A DNA stretch of 64,000 nt, taken from the NCBI GenBank assembly GCA_963665275.2, contig CAXXIN010000005.1, forward strand, positions 96,001 through 160,000. Direction: 5' to 3'. Shown piece after piece: positions 37,649-48,272 of the stretch (position 1 is the stretch's first letter; every line of letters begins with the position of its first letter). This DNA comes from Negativicutes bacterium (GTDB lineage: Bacteria; Bacillota; Negativicutes; UBA1444). Position numbers and translations under genes: made by a program. The notes under the pieces are model-generated. The model did no database searches. It had not been told where the DNA came from and worked only from the letters and a program-made list of their open reading frames with translations.

Positions 37649-39205
37649 ATGAGTGTATTGAATGTAGAAAATGTTACGCACGGATTCGGCGCCCGCCGGA
37701 TACTGGAAGAAGCTTCATTTCGTTTGCTGAAGGGAGAACATGTTGGCCTGATTGGCGCGAACGGGGAAGGAAAGTCGACTTTTCTCAGCATCATCACCGG
37801 TCAGCTGCAACCGGACGCCGGCAAGGTGGAATGGTCCAACCGCGTCACGGTCGGTTATCTGGACCAACATTCCGTTCTGGCCAAAGGCAAGACGATCCGC
37901 GACATCCTGCGGACGGCCTTTCAACAGATGTTCGACTGGGAAGCGGAAATGCTGGGTATCTACGACCGGATGGCGGAAGCCGGACCGGATGAAATCGACA
38001 AAATGATGGAAGACGTTGGTGAGCTTCAGGATCTATTGGACCACAGCGGCTTTTATACGCTGGACGCCAAGATCGAGGAGGTTGCCAACGGACTGGGACT
38101 CGGGGACATCGGACTGGATCGCGACGTCAGCGACCTGAGCGGCGGGCAGCGGACCAAGGTATTATTGACCAAGCTGTTGTTGCAGAACCCGACCATCCTG
38201 ATTCTCGACGAACCGACCAACTATCTGGACGTGGAGCATATCGAGTGGCTGAAACGATACCTGACGAACTATGAAAACAGCTTTATTTTGGTATCGCATG
38301 ATATTCCCTTCCTGAATGAAGTGGTCAATGTGATCTATCATGTGGAAAATACCGCTTTGACCCGTTACACTGGAAACTATGAGCAGTTCCAGCAGTTGTA
38401 CACTATGAGAAAGAGCCAGGAAAATCGGGCTTTTGAGCGGCAGCAACAGGAAGTCGAACGTCTGGAAGACTTCATTGCCCGCAACAAGGCGCGCGTCGCG
38501 ACACGCGGGATGGCCAACAGCCGCCAGAAGTGGCTGGACAAGATGGAAGTGCTGGAGAAACCCCGTGAAAAACCGAAACCGACCTTCCAGTTCCGGGAAG
38601 CGCGGACACCGGGGCGCGTGATGGTGGAAGCGGAAAATTTGGTCCTCGGCTACGAAGAGGCGCTGACTCGCCCGGTGAAGTTGTTGCTGGAACGCGGGAA
38701 AAAAGTCGCGATTCGCGGCGTCAACGGCTTGGGCAAGACAACGCTGCTGAAGACGCTGCTGGGGAAAATCTCTGCGTTCGAGGGCGAAGTGAAGCTGGGC
38801 GACAACTTGTTCCCCGGTTATTTCGAGCAGGAGTCGGGCCGCGACAATACAAATACTGCGATGGAAGAAGTATGGCAGGATTATCCGGGCATGAGCAACG
38901 GCGAAGTCCGGGCGGCGCTCGCACGCTGCGGCCTGACGAACGAGCACATTACCAGTCAGATGCAGGTGCTCAGCGGCGGCGAGAATGCCAAAGTCCGCCT
39001 GTGCAAACTGATGCTGCAGGAAGTGAACTGGCTGGTGTTGGACGAACCCACCAACCATCTGGATATTGATGCCAAAGCCGAACTGAAGCGCGCCCTGATG
39101 GAATTCAAGGGAACGATCCTGCTTGTCTCGCATGAACCGGACTTTTACGAGGACTGGGTGAGCGACATCTGGAATGTCGAAGACTGGACGAATAAAGTCG
39201 TATAA
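37649..39205 (+). CDS. ABC-F family ATPase
   Basis: Two ABC cassettes (GANGEGKST/LSGGQ/DEPTN and GVNGLGKT/LSGGE/DEPTN), no TM segments. Confidence 0.93.
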   Translation: MSVLNVENVTHGFGARRILEEASFRLLKGEHVGLIGANGEGKSTFLSIITGQLQPDAGKVEWSNRVTVGYLDQHSVLAKGKTIRDILRTAFQQMFDWEAEMLGIYDRMAEAGPDEIDKMMEDVGELQDLLDHSGFYTLDAKIEEVANGLGLGDIGLDRDVSDLSGGQRTKVLLTKLLLQNPTILILDEPTNYLDVEHIEWLKRYLTNYENSFILVSHDIPFLNEVVNVIYHVENTALTRYTGNYEQFQQLYTMRKSQENRAFERQQQEVERLEDFIARNKARVATRGMANSRQKWLDKMEVLEKPREKPKPTFQFREARTPGRVMVEAENLVLGYEEALTRPVKLLLERGKKVAIRGVNGLGKTTLLKTLLGKISAFEGEVKLGDNLFPGYFEQESGRDNTNTAMEEVWQDYPGMSNGEVRAALARCGLTNEHITSQMQVLSGGENAKVRLCKLMLQEVNWLVLDEPTNHLDIDAKAELKRALMEFKGTILLVSHEPDFYEDWVSDIWNVEDWTNKVV

Positions 39206-39258
39206 ATGATGAGATTGCTAAGAAAATAAAATAGATAAATAAGAGGAGAGATGCAATT

Positions 39259-39639
39259 ATGCCAAGAAAAGCATTTACCGCCGCCGGTGCGACTGCCGTT
39301 GGACCTTACTCGCATGCCGTGGAAGCCGGAGATTTGATCTTTTTGTCCGGACAGACCCCGATGGATTCGGCAACAGGCAAACTTGCAGAGGGCGACATCG
39401 CAGCCCAGACCGAACAGGTCTTCAAGAATCTGTTCAATGTGTTGGCATCTGCAGGACTAACTGAAGCGGATGTTGTCAAAGCGAATGTATTCCTGACGGA
39501 CATGGGCAATTTTGCCGCGATGAATGCCGTCTACGCAACCAAGTTTTCCGCTCCTTATCCTGCCCGCTCGACAGTTGCGGTTGCAGGACTGCCGCTTGGT
39601 GCGCAGGTTGAAATCGAACTGATTGCCCGCAAGGGATAA
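39259..39639 (+). CDS. ridA: RidA family enamine/imine deaminase
   Basis: 'GPYS', 'SGQ', 'PARS', 'VEIE'. Confidence 0.9.
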   Translation: MPRKAFTAAGATAVGPYSHAVEAGDLIFLSGQTPMDSATGKLAEGDIAAQTEQVFKNLFNVLASAGLTEADVVKANVFLTDMGNFAAMNAVYATKFSAPYPARSTVAVAGLPLGAQVEIELIARKG

Positions 39640-39650
39640 AAAAGGATAGC

Positions 39651-40829
39651 ATGAAGCAGACAAAAACGATCGCAGGGACTGCGACTTCAGGCGGCACCCA
39701 GCGATATGCAGAAAGTCATCAGGATTTGCCGTTTACACCGCTGGGATCAACCGACCTCTTGGTCAGTGCGGCCGGATTCGGCAGTTATCGGGTCGATGTG
39801 TCGGAGCGGACTCACGAACTCGCTCTGATTCATGCGTTGCGTTCGGGCATTAATCTCATTGACACCAGCGCCAACTATGCCGACGGCGGCTCGGAACGAC
39901 TGATCGGCAAGGTGCTTGCCGCAATGGCGGCGCAGGGAGAAATCACTCGCGAACAGGTGGTCGTGGTGTCCAAAGCCGGCTACCTGCAGGGCGAAAACTA
40001 TCAGCTGAGTCAGGAACGCAAAGCAGCAGGGAATCCTTTCGCCGATTTGGTTCTGGCGGGTCAGGGGCTGGAGCATTGCATCCACCCGGAATTCCTCGCC
40101 GATCAGATCACGCGGAGCCTGGCCCGCTTGAAATTGCAGAGCCTGGACTGCTGTTTGCTGCACAATCCCGAGTATTATCTGACGACCGCGAAAGCTGAAG
40201 GCGTACCTGTCGAGCAGGCTCGCAGGGAGTACTACCGCCGCATCGAGGTAGCCTTTCGCCACCTGGAGCAGGAAGTGCAGGCGGGACGGATCGTTTCCTA
40301 CGGTATCAGCTCGAATACTTTTCCTGGGTCAGTCGAGGATCGCAACTTCACTTCGCTGGCGAAGGCGTGGGAGATTGCCTGCGATATCTCTCCAGCTCAT
40401 CATTTTCGGGTTATCGAATTTCCCTTGAATTTGATGGAAACTGGCGCGGTGCTGCGCGAAAATCAACCGACGGGACAAAGTCTGCTGGAATTTGCGCGGG
40501 AGAAAAACTTGGGAGTGCTGATCAATCGTCCGCTGAACGCAATCGTGGGAGACCGCCTGGTACGGCTGGCGGAGAACCATTATACCGGCGATGGCGTCAC
40601 TCAGGCCCACCGTTTCCGTGACAAAGTGGCAGCGGTGGATGAGGATTGGTCGTCCGCCGAAACGTTAAGCCAAATAGCGCTGAGGGCGATTCGCTCCACC
40701 GCAGGAATCTCAGCGGTTCTGGTCGGAATGCGCGCCGAGGAGTATGTCGGGGATGTGCTCGCAGAGCTGCGACGCTCCTGCCCAGTCGATTCCAGAGTGG
40801 AAAGCTGGCAGAAAGTTGAAGACCTTTAA
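39651..40829 (+). CDS. Aldo/keto reductase family protein
   Basis: 'IDTSANYADG.SE', 'VVSKAG', 'LHNPE', 'GISSN'. Confidence 0.85.
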   Translation: MKQTKTIAGTATSGGTQRYAESHQDLPFTPLGSTDLLVSAAGFGSYRVDVSERTHELALIHALRSGINLIDTSANYADGGSERLIGKVLAAMAAQGEITREQVVVVSKAGYLQGENYQLSQERKAAGNPFADLVLAGQGLEHCIHPEFLADQITRSLARLKLQSLDCCLLHNPEYYLTTAKAEGVPVEQARREYYRRIEVAFRHLEQEVQAGRIVSYGISSNTFPGSVEDRNFTSLAKAWEIACDISPAHHFRVIEFPLNLMETGAVLRENQPTGQSLLEFAREKNLGVLINRPLNAIVGDRLVRLAENHYTGDGVTQAHRFRDKVAAVDEDWSSAETLSQIALRAIRSTAGISAVLVGMRAEEYVGDVLAELRRSCPVDSRVESWQKVEDL

Positions 40830-40854
40830 AAGTTGAGGTCGGTTAGGAGACAGA

Positions 40855-41661
40855 ATGTTTTCATTGGAAAAAGCAATGGATGCAATGCAGGGAATCGCCC
40901 GCCAAGTCGGAACGCTGCAACGCGAAAATCTGGGTCGGCAGGATTTGGTAATGAACCGCAAATCCACCAGCATTGATCTGGTGACAGAAATCGACCGAGC
41001 GTCGGATGATCTCATCGTCGGATACCTGCATCAGGAATATCCTGATCATGCGATCCTGGCCGAAGAATCCGGTGAATCCGGGCAGGATTCGGAATACCGC
41101 TGGGTCATCGATCCACTCGACGGCACAACCAACTATGCGCAGGGATTGCCGATCTTCGCGGTTTCAATCGCCTTGGAATATCGGCGGGAGGCCGTTCTCG
41201 GCATCGTCTACGAACCGGTCACCGATGAGCTGTTCACCACGATCCGCGGCCAGGGCGCCTACTGTAATGGCAAACGACTGCATATCGCCGATAAAACGGA
41301 ACTGATCGACTGCGTGTTGGCGACGGGTTTCCCATACGATATCGCGATCCATCCGGTCAATAACATCGACTATTTCATTTCCATGGCCCCCAAAGCCCGG
41401 GCGATCCGGCGCATGGGCGCTGCCGCTTATGATTTGGCCTGTGTCGCCTCCGGCCGATTCGACGGGTTTTGGGAAATGGCTCTTTCGCCGTGGGATGCGG
41501 CAGCCAGCGCATTGCTGGTCAAGGAAGCCGGCGGCGTAGTGTGGCCGTTCCGCAGTGATCGCAAAATTTCGATTGTTGCCGGTAACGAGTGCATCAGCCG
41601 CCAAATCATGGACGTTCTGCGTCAGGTCGATCACCTTGTCGAACCTGATCTGAAGTGCTAA
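40855..41661 (+). CDS. suhB: Inositol monophosphatase family
   Basis: 'EE', 'DPLDGTTNY', 'WD.AA'. Confidence 0.85.
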   Translation: MFSLEKAMDAMQGIARQVGTLQRENLGRQDLVMNRKSTSIDLVTEIDRASDDLIVGYLHQEYPDHAILAEESGESGQDSEYRWVIDPLDGTTNYAQGLPIFAVSIALEYRREAVLGIVYEPVTDELFTTIRGQGAYCNGKRLHIADKTELIDCVLATGFPYDIAIHPVNNIDYFISMAPKARAIRRMGAAAYDLACVASGRFDGFWEMALSPWDAAASALLVKEAGGVVWPFRSDRKISIVAGNECISRQIMDVLRQVDHLVEPDLKC

Positions 41662-41687
41662 AATAGAGATATTACCAAAGAAGTGAA

Positions 41688-41775
41688 GCTAGGGGAGCCG
41701 GAGCGGCCGGCTGAGAGTCAGACACAGAGTCTGTTACCCTTGACCTGATCTGGATAATACCAGCGTAGGAACAGC
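41688..41775 (+). ncRNA. TPP riboswitch aptamer
   Basis: GGGGAGCC...GGCTGAGAG...ACCC...CCTGATCTGGATAATACCAGCGTAGG upstream of thiW. Expression-platform hairpin GCGCATTCC/GGGATGCGC at about 41800-41828. Confidence 0.92.
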
Positions 41776-41862
41776 GAAACATTGCGACAGCGACGAACAG
41801 CGCATTCCTGCGGGGATGCGCTTCTTTCATTTTGGGGTCTTCGCGAAACGGAGGAATCGTAA

Positions 41863-42363
41863 GTGGAAACGAGAAAATTGACTTTCACGGCCTTGTTCAT
41901 GGCGGTAGGGGTGCTGTCCGCCCACTTGGTGTATATTCCGGTGGGCGTGTCCAAATGTTTCCCGATACAGCATGCGATCAACGTTCTCTTGGCGGTGTTG
42001 CTCGGAACGCGGTACTCCGTTGGCGCAGCTTTTGGCGTGTCGATGTTGCGCAACATTCTGGGGACGGGATCTTTGCTGGCATTCCCCGGCAGCATGTTCG
42101 GCGCGGCACTGTCCGGCATCCTGTATTCGAGGACGCACAGCATCTGGGGCGCATTGGCCGGCGAGATTATCGGGACCGGCATTATCGGCGGCTTGGTCGC
42201 TTATCCGGTTGCGAAATATTTCTTGGGGTCCGGCGTGGGCGCGATGTTTTTCGTTGTGCCATTTATGATCAGCACGGTTGGCGGCAGTATTATCGCCTGG
42301 GGGCTGTATCATTCGCCAGTGACCAGTTTTTTGCGAGAACGGTTGGGTCAACGGACAAAATAG
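41863..42363 (+). CDS. thiW: Thiazole transporter ECF S component
   Basis: 'FPIQH.IN', 'GTGSLLAFPGSM.GA', 'GEIIGTGIIG', with a TPP riboswitch upstream. Confidence 0.92.
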   Translation: METRKLTFTALFMAVGVLSAHLVYIPVGVSKCFPIQHAINVLLAVLLGTRYSVGAAFGVSMLRNILGTGSLLAFPGSMFGAALSGILYSRTHSIWGALAGEIIGTGIIGGLVAYPVAKYFLGSGVGAMFFVVPFMISTVGGSIIAWGLYHSPVTSFLRERLGQRTK

Positions 42364-42393
42364 ATTTAGGGGATAAGTGAGTGGAGGAATCGG

Positions 42394-44064
42394 TTGATGG
42401 ACATGGGAGAAAAAATCAAAGCGCTGGCAATCGAGCTAACCCAAATTCGCAGCGTAGTCGGAACTGCCGGTGAAAACGCCGTAGCACAAAAAGTGTATGA
42501 CAAGCTGACACAGCTGGAATATTTCCAACAACACCCTGAGAACCTTCGCCTGATGCCGGTACAGGGAGACGAGCTGGGGCGGACAGGTGTGTTTGCGATG
42601 ATTGAAGGGACGCATACGGAATCGAATAAAACGTTGTTGTGCATTGGCCATATTGATACGGTCGGGGTGGCGGATTACGGCGGACTGCAGGATATCGCCA
42701 CCGATCCGGCTGCTTTGAAGCAGCAACTGGCGGCGGCGACGAAGTTCAGTGAACCGGCCTTGTCGGAGATTTTGTCGGACGGCTGGCTGCTCGGTCGTGG
42801 CATTTTGGATATGAAAACAGGCGTAGCGTCGCTCATGGTCATGCTGGATCATTTTTCCCGGTGCCCAGAGACGTTGACAGGGAATCTGGTATTCTGCGCC
42901 GTGCCGGATGAAGAAGGTAATTCGGCGGGAATGCTCTCCGCCGTGCAGGATCTGGCCGCACTGCAAGGTAAACGCGACTGGGAATTCATTGCCGCTATCG
43001 ACACCGATTTCATGACCTTCCGCTATCCGGGCGACGAACACCGTTACGTTTATGTCGGAACGACCGGCAAATTGCTGCCCTGTTTTTTCATCTACGGCGA
43101 AGAAACTCATGTAGGAGAACCGTTCAATGGGCTGGATGCCAATCTGCTCGCATCCGAAGTGATGCGCCGGATCGATCTTTCTACCGATCTTTGTGATATC
43201 GCCGATGGCGAGGTTGCCTTGCCGCCGATCAGCCTCCATCAGCGCGACAACAAGACGGAGTATTCGGTGCAGACAGCGAACACGGTCAATCTTTATTTCA
43301 ACTGGCCCACCCACTGCAGTGAGCCTGCCGAAGTCCTGGCCAAGTGCCGGGGGAAGGCGCTGGAATCATTTGAGGCGGTTATCCGCCATCTGAATGAGGA
43401 GTATGAGAAGTTCTGCGCCTTGAGTCATATTCCGTTTCAACGGTTGCCGTGGGAGGCAAATGTTCTGACTTACGACGAACTCTATCAACAGGTAAAATCG
43501 GAAATGGGCGAGGAAATTGACCGGAGGCTGGAAGAACTGATTGAACGCCTGCGGGCAAGGAATGCGGATGACCGGGAAGTTTCGATGGCAATCGTTGATG
43601 AGGTGCATAAAAACTGCTCAGATAAAAATTCCAAGATCGTGGTATATTTTGCGCCGCCATACTATCCGCACAATTTCGTGAGGGACGGCGACGAGCGGAG
43701 CGACGTTTTGCTGTCCGCCGTGGAACGGGCCGTGTCGGAAGCGAAGGCAACCTTTGATTATTCCATCGTGACCCGCAAGTTTTACCCGTATATTTCAGAT
43801 TTGAGTTATTGCGGAATCGCCGCGGCCAAGCACATGGACAAACTGACGGAAAACATGCCGGCCTGGCAGCGCACTTATCATCTGCCGGTGCAGGAAATTC
43901 AGTCCATCAGCATGCCGGTGGTCAACATCGGACCTTACGGCAAGGATGCGCACAAGTTGTCGGAGCGGGTAAGCACCGCCTATTCTTTCGATGCGATGCC
44001 ATTGATTTTGCGGCGGACGATAGAAAATCTGCTCGGGGTTAGTTCACAGGAGGCATCACGATGA
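42394..44064 (+). CDS. rocB: M20 metallohydrolase, RocB-like
   Basis: 'GHIDTV', 'GRG..DMK.G', 'DEE..S.GM', 'PPYYP', 'ISDLSY', 'N.GP.GKDAH'. Confidence 0.8.
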   Translation: MMDMGEKIKALAIELTQIRSVVGTAGENAVAQKVYDKLTQLEYFQQHPENLRLMPVQGDELGRTGVFAMIEGTHTESNKTLLCIGHIDTVGVADYGGLQDIATDPAALKQQLAAATKFSEPALSEILSDGWLLGRGILDMKTGVASLMVMLDHFSRCPETLTGNLVFCAVPDEEGNSAGMLSAVQDLAALQGKRDWEFIAAIDTDFMTFRYPGDEHRYVYVGTTGKLLPCFFIYGEETHVGEPFNGLDANLLASEVMRRIDLSTDLCDIADGEVALPPISLHQRDNKTEYSVQTANTVNLYFNWPTHCSEPAEVLAKCRGKALESFEAVIRHLNEEYEKFCALSHIPFQRLPWEANVLTYDELYQQVKSEMGEEIDRRLEELIERLRARNADDREVSMAIVDEVHKNCSDKNSKIVVYFAPPYYPHNFVRDGDERSDVLLSAVERAVSEAKATFDYSIVTRKFYPYISDLSYCGIAAAKHMDKLTENMPAWQRTYHLPVQEIQSISMPVVNIGPYGKDAHKLSERVSTAYSFDAMPLILRRTIENLLGVSSQEASR

Positions 44065-45146
44065 AGTTCAAAATGCCATTATACCGGGAACCGGATTTCT
44101 CAGCGGAGTCGTTCCGAACCAGTCCCGATGCGGTCACGATGCCGGTACTGCGGGCTGGAGTCGCGCCAGATAATTTTCACGCCACGACAATTTTCCCTGA
44201 ATACTATAAGATCGATGGAAGCTGGGTATTGCTCAATCAGGGCCGCATGGACGGGGTCGTGGTTCTGCATGACGATGGGAAGCTGGAAGTCAAAGAGTTC
44301 AGGCGTCTTGCGGCGGGGGATCGGGTTTTTGTCGGACGCACGGAAGATGGCAGCGACGGAATCTTCGTCCATGCCACAGGTTTCTGTCAGAGCGAAACTG
44401 ATGCCGAAACCTTTGCCTTCCGCACCGGCCGTTCCCGCGAAACCTCCTATTCACGCGATTACGACCGATTATATGAACTGCTGCGATACGAAAAAGAGCA
44501 TGGCTACATTGTGTGGGTGTTGGGCCCGGCGGTGGTGTTCGACTGGGACTCGAAGCAGGCGTTGATCTCCTTGATTGAAAACGGTTATGTCGATGCCATT
44601 CTAGCCGGCAACGCGCTGGCGACGCACGATCTGGAAGGGGCGTTGTTTCAGACGGCGCTCGGGCAGGATATTTACACACAGGAAAGTGTGGCCAATGGTC
44701 ACTACCATCATCTGGATGTTTTGAACCAGGCCCGGGAACATGAAACGATCTCCCAATTCGTTGCGGCAAAAAATATTCAGGACAGTGTTGTGTCCGCCTG
44801 CATCAGGACCGGAATCCCCATGGTGTTGGCAGGTTCGATCAGGGATGATGGTCCGCTGCCTGAAGTGATCGCTGATGCCTACGCAGCCCAGAATTCGATG
44901 CGGCAGCAGGCAAAACAGGCAACGACAGTAATTTGTCTGGCAACGCAGCTTCATTCCATCGCTACAGGAAATATGACGCCCGCCTATCAATCCGTGGGAG
45001 GCGTAATGCGACCAGTATTCATTTACAGCGTGGATGTATCGGAATTCGCCGTGAACAAGCTGAAAGATCGTGGATCGCTCGAAGTGACCTCTATCGTGAC
45101 CAATATTCAGGATTTTTTGGTGCATATCCAGCGCGAACTGGTGTAA
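44061..45146 (+). CDS. TIGR00300/LOR-SDH-related ornithine cyclodeaminase-like protein
   Basis: 'GVAPDNFHATT..P', 'RMD', 'GPAVV', 'GNALATHD.E', 'LAGSIRDDGPLP', 'KL.DRGS' match the AgrE/ArgZ C-terminal region family. Confidence 0.78.
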   Translation: MKFKMPLYREPDFSAESFRTSPDAVTMPVLRAGVAPDNFHATTIFPEYYKIDGSWVLLNQGRMDGVVVLHDDGKLEVKEFRRLAAGDRVFVGRTEDGSDGIFVHATGFCQSETDAETFAFRTGRSRETSYSRDYDRLYELLRYEKEHGYIVWVLGPAVVFDWDSKQALISLIENGYVDAILAGNALATHDLEGALFQTALGQDIYTQESVANGHYHHLDVLNQAREHETISQFVAAKNIQDSVVSACIRTGIPMVLAGSIRDDGPLPEVIADAYAAQNSMRQQAKQATTVICLATQLHSIATGNMTPAYQSVGGVMRPVFIYSVDVSEFAVNKLKDRGSLEVTSIVTNIQDFLVHIQRELV

Positions 45147-45161
45147 GGAGTTGGACTGGCA

Positions 45162-45953
45162 ATGAAACGATTGCTGACGCGCGGCGAAATCTGGCCGCTG
45201 CCGGGGGGCGGAACCGCCGATGAAATTGTGGCGGTTGCCCGGGAATTGCAGATGGATTTTTGTTTTTTTGATCACTTTCCGGGCGCGCCAGCGAAAGCTA
45301 ACGCGTTGGGCTTGTCAGTCGGAGCAGTGGTCAATGGCCCTTGGCAGCGATGGATGATTGAGGTCGGCTGGGAGTCGGCCATGATGAAAATCGGCCGGGG
45401 ATCCACTGAAGTGACGGAGGGTTTGGCTCAGGCAAAAGCAAAAGCCGAAGCCGAGATCGCTGCATGGGTTGCCGCGGGAATCGATATGATTCTGCTGGCG
45501 GATGATGTCGCTTATGCCGGCGGACCTTATATGTCGCCGCAACAGCTGGAAAAACATCTGCTGCCATTGTATTGCGAGTTGAGCAAGCAGGCAAAAGCAT
45601 CAGGCGTTACCGTGGGATTCCATACCGACGGCATGGTTGATGCGATTCTGCCACTGCTGAAACAGGCCAGCTTCGAGTTTTTATCTTTGGAACCGGAAGC
45701 GACTGATCCAATCAAAGCCTGGAGCATTTTGGGCGAGGAGCTCACTCTGTTTTCCGGTCTTCCTGCGGCATGGCTGGCCTCGGGCGGATTCTTGCCGTCA
45801 CGGGAAGGTCGGATTTTGCGGGAGTGGTTGTCATCAGGTCCGTTGGTCGTGACTTCGGCCTGTGGTCTTTTTCACGCCGACGCCGCGAGTTCCCTGCAGG
45901 AAATCTATCGCTGGCTCGACCAGGAAAAAAATATTTCGCACCAGCGAAAATAA
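45162..45953 (+). CDS. Uroporphyrinogen decarboxylase/MtaA-like superfamily protein (short form)
   Basis: 'ADD.AY..G..MSP', 'FHTDG', 'SACG'. Confidence 0.65.
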   Translation: MKRLLTRGEIWPLPGGGTADEIVAVARELQMDFCFFDHFPGAPAKANALGLSVGAVVNGPWQRWMIEVGWESAMMKIGRGSTEVTEGLAQAKAKAEAEIAAWVAAGIDMILLADDVAYAGGPYMSPQQLEKHLLPLYCELSKQAKASGVTVGFHTDGMVDAILPLLKQASFEFLSLEPEATDPIKAWSILGEELTLFSGLPAAWLASGGFLPSREGRILREWLSSGPLVVTSACGLFHADAASSLQEIYRWLDQEKNISHQRK

Positions 45954-46032
45954 TAGCAGGATTTTCAGCGCGAGTGCCTAAATTATAATATAACGGATAA
46001 ATATTATCCATAACAGAATGGAGGGAAAACAA

Positions 46033-46497
46033 ATGAAAAGAATTGCTGTGGGAGATATCGCCCCGGATTTTGTATTGAAGGATAACCGCGTTCAGGATGT
46101 GCGGCTGTCGGATTTTCGCGGCAAGAAAGTGCTGCTGGCGTGGCACCCGCTGGCGTGGACCGGTGTATGCGCCAACCAGATGAAAGCCCTAGAAGACCAT
46201 CTGCCGGAGTTCGAAAAATATAACACTGTGCCACTCGGAATGAGCATCGACTCCTACCCGAGCAAGAATGCCTGGGCCAAAGAATTGGGCATCGCCAAGG
46301 TCCAATTACTCGCAGACTTTTGGCCGCATGGTAAAGTGGCGCAGGATTATGGCCTATTTCTCGAAGACAAAGGATTTTCTGAGCGGGCCAATGTTCTCAT
46401 TGATGAGGAAGGCAAGGTTATCTGGGTGAAAACTTATGATATCCCTGAATTGCCGGATATTGAAGAAATTTTGAGCAAGGTTCGCGGGGAAAAATAA
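46033..46497 (+). CDS. Peroxiredoxin (AhpE-like)
   Basis: 'APDF.L', 'PLAWTGVC', 'DFWPHG', 'ERA'. Confidence 0.88.
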   Translation: MKRIAVGDIAPDFVLKDNRVQDVRLSDFRGKKVLLAWHPLAWTGVCANQMKALEDHLPEFEKYNTVPLGMSIDSYPSKNAWAKELGIAKVQLLADFWPHGKVAQDYGLFLEDKGFSERANVLIDEEGKVIWVKTYDIPELPDIEEILSKVRGEK

Positions 46498-46516
46498 CAA
46501 AGATCGAAAAAGAGAT

Positions 46517-46557
46517 AAAGAGATGCTGACAACTTTACGTTTCAGCATCCCTTTTTT
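46517..46557 (+). terminator. Intrinsic terminator
   Basis: GATGCTGA-loop-TCAGCATC followed by a T-run. Confidence 0.65.
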
Positions 46558-46690
46558 AATTAAAACCGCAAAATCAAATTCACTGAGCTGCCGATTTATA
46601 TTTCAACAAAATATGATATCATTTGGGTAGAATTCCTATCGGAAGTAGCTGTCAGCCATCTGTCGCGCTAAAGAAAGATAATTCGTCAAT

Positions 46691-48172
46691 ATGGAGGTTA
46701 AGGTTTTGGCATTATTCAACAAAGCCCCATGTAGTGAAGCTTCTGGCATTATTCAGTATGTGGAAGATCGACTGAACGGCAAAATCGTCAAGCAGCCCAG
46801 TGCCGAATATCCCATTCATCAATCGATGTTAAAACAGTTTCTCCATCTTCTGGCGAGTGAAGAGAAAATTTCGGGCAGTGTAAAACAAATGGTGGGTATA
46901 CTTCCCTCCTTGAGCGACTTTGATGTAAAGATGAGCTATTCGTCCGACAAACTCACTCGGTTCGCGGCGGAAATTGCGGCGCTCAGCGAGTCCAACCTTG
47001 CTATTGTTGAGCAGATTACAGCCAGTATGAATGAAGTGACCGGAACCATTAAGACTACTTCTGAAACTATGGGGCAAGTAGCTCGTTCTTCGGGAACCCT
47101 TATCGAAAAAAATGATGAGAGCATGGATCAACTGAAAGCGATTCATGCTTTGAAGGAAGACGTCGTTCGAGACACAACACAGATGAGCGCCCAGATAGAA
47201 CAATTGGTTGAGATGGCGACCAAGGTCAATGAAATTGTAAATGGAGTTGCGGCTATTGCGGAACAGACGAATCTTTTGGCGCTGAATGCATCGATTGAAG
47301 CGGCCCGCGCGGGAGAATCGGGGCGAGGGTTCGCTGTGGTGGCGACTGAAATCCGCAAGTTGGCTGATAATACAAAAGCAAGCCTTAATGATATGCGGGG
47401 TTTTGTGAAAAATATTCAGGGTGCGGCTCAAGGAAGCCGGGGCAGCTTGGAAAATACCCTGCAATCTACGAGCAAAATGAATGAAAAGCTTGATGTTGTT
47501 TCGAATACAATCAACCAAAATGTGTCGATGCTAAAAGAAACTGTTCAAGATGTGAAAATGATTTCCGAATCGATGCGAAGCGTTGAAGAGTCAACCAGAC
47601 AAGTCAACCAGGCCATGGGGCTATCGGCCCAGGATGCGGAGAATTTGCATGGTATGACCCAGACGATTCACGCAGACGCGCAGCAGAGCGCCGAAAATGC
47701 ACGGCAGATTTCTCGAGTGGATGAAGAATTAAGCACTATTGCTCGTGAAATGATAACTTCTTTGACTGGCGGCATACATGCGATATCCAATACAGAGTTG
47801 ATCAGCAATTTGGAGAAAGCAAAATTGGCGCATGAAAAGTGGGTTAAAGCATTAAACCAAATTACAGAAGAAATGAAAATATATCCGTTGCAAACGGATT
47901 CAAAACGTTGCGCGTTCGGACATTTTTACCATTCTGTTCACGTTGACCACCCGGAAATTGCCAAAGACTGGAACGCGATTGATGGAGTTCATCATGAACT
48001 GCACAACATGGGCATGAAAGTGATTGAGGCGGTGAGAAAAGGTGATCAGGTATCGGCCAAAACATTGTTCCATGAAGCGGAACAACTTTCAAAGCAAGTC
48101 ATAGGGCATATTAATCAAACCATTCATGCGCTGGAAAGCTTGTCGAAGCGTGGAGTTGAAGCGTTGCATTAA
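46691..48172 (+). CDS. Soluble methyl-accepting chemotaxis protein with C-terminal CZB domain (start may be TTG 46706)
   Basis: MCP core '[26 protein letters not shown]', CZB 'H..W...CAFG...H..LH', no TM segment. Confidence 0.9.
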   Translation: MEVKVLALFNKAPCSEASGIIQYVEDRLNGKIVKQPSAEYPIHQSMLKQFLHLLASEEKISGSVKQMVGILPSLSDFDVKMSYSSDKLTRFAAEIAALSESNLAIVEQITASMNEVTGTIKTTSETMGQVARSSGTLIEKNDESMDQLKAIHALKEDVVRDTTQMSAQIEQLVEMATKVNEIVNGVAAIAEQTNLLALNASIEAARAGESGRGFAVVATEIRKLADNTKASLNDMRGFVKNIQGAAQGSRGSLENTLQSTSKMNEKLDVVSNTINQNVSMLKETVQDVKMISESMRSVEESTRQVNQAMGLSAQDAENLHGMTQTIHADAQQSAENARQISRVDEELSTIAREMITSLTGGIHAISNTELISNLEKAKLAHEKWVKALNQITEEMKIYPLQTDSKRCAFGHFYHSVHVDHPEIAKDWNAIDGVHHELHNMGMKVIEAVRKGDQVSAKTLFHEAEQLSKQVIGHINQTIHALESLSKRGVEALH

Positions 48173-48210
48173 TGACTTGGGATTAATGCGGAAAGCCTTA
48201 TAGGGATAAA

Positions 48211-48250
48211 GCAAAAGGCTTCCAGCCATTCGTGATTGGAAGTCTTTTGC
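48211..48250. repeat. Hairpin/terminator, copy 1 of a dispersed palindromic element
   Basis: GCAAAAGGCTTCCAGCCATTCGTGATTGGAAGTCTTTTGC, whose core is 27/34 identical to 62847-62880. Confidence 0.65.
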
Positions 48251-48272
48251 GTTGGGCAAGTGAAGTTTGCTA

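Noticed and set aside
41641-41653. GAACCTGATCTG resembling a second TPP aptamer half
   Set aside because: It lies inside the suhB coding end and lacks the CTGAGA and P2/P3 elements.
46560-46690. Possible c-di-GMP riboswitch upstream of the soluble MCP
   Set aside because: No convincing class I or class II core motifs were found by eye.
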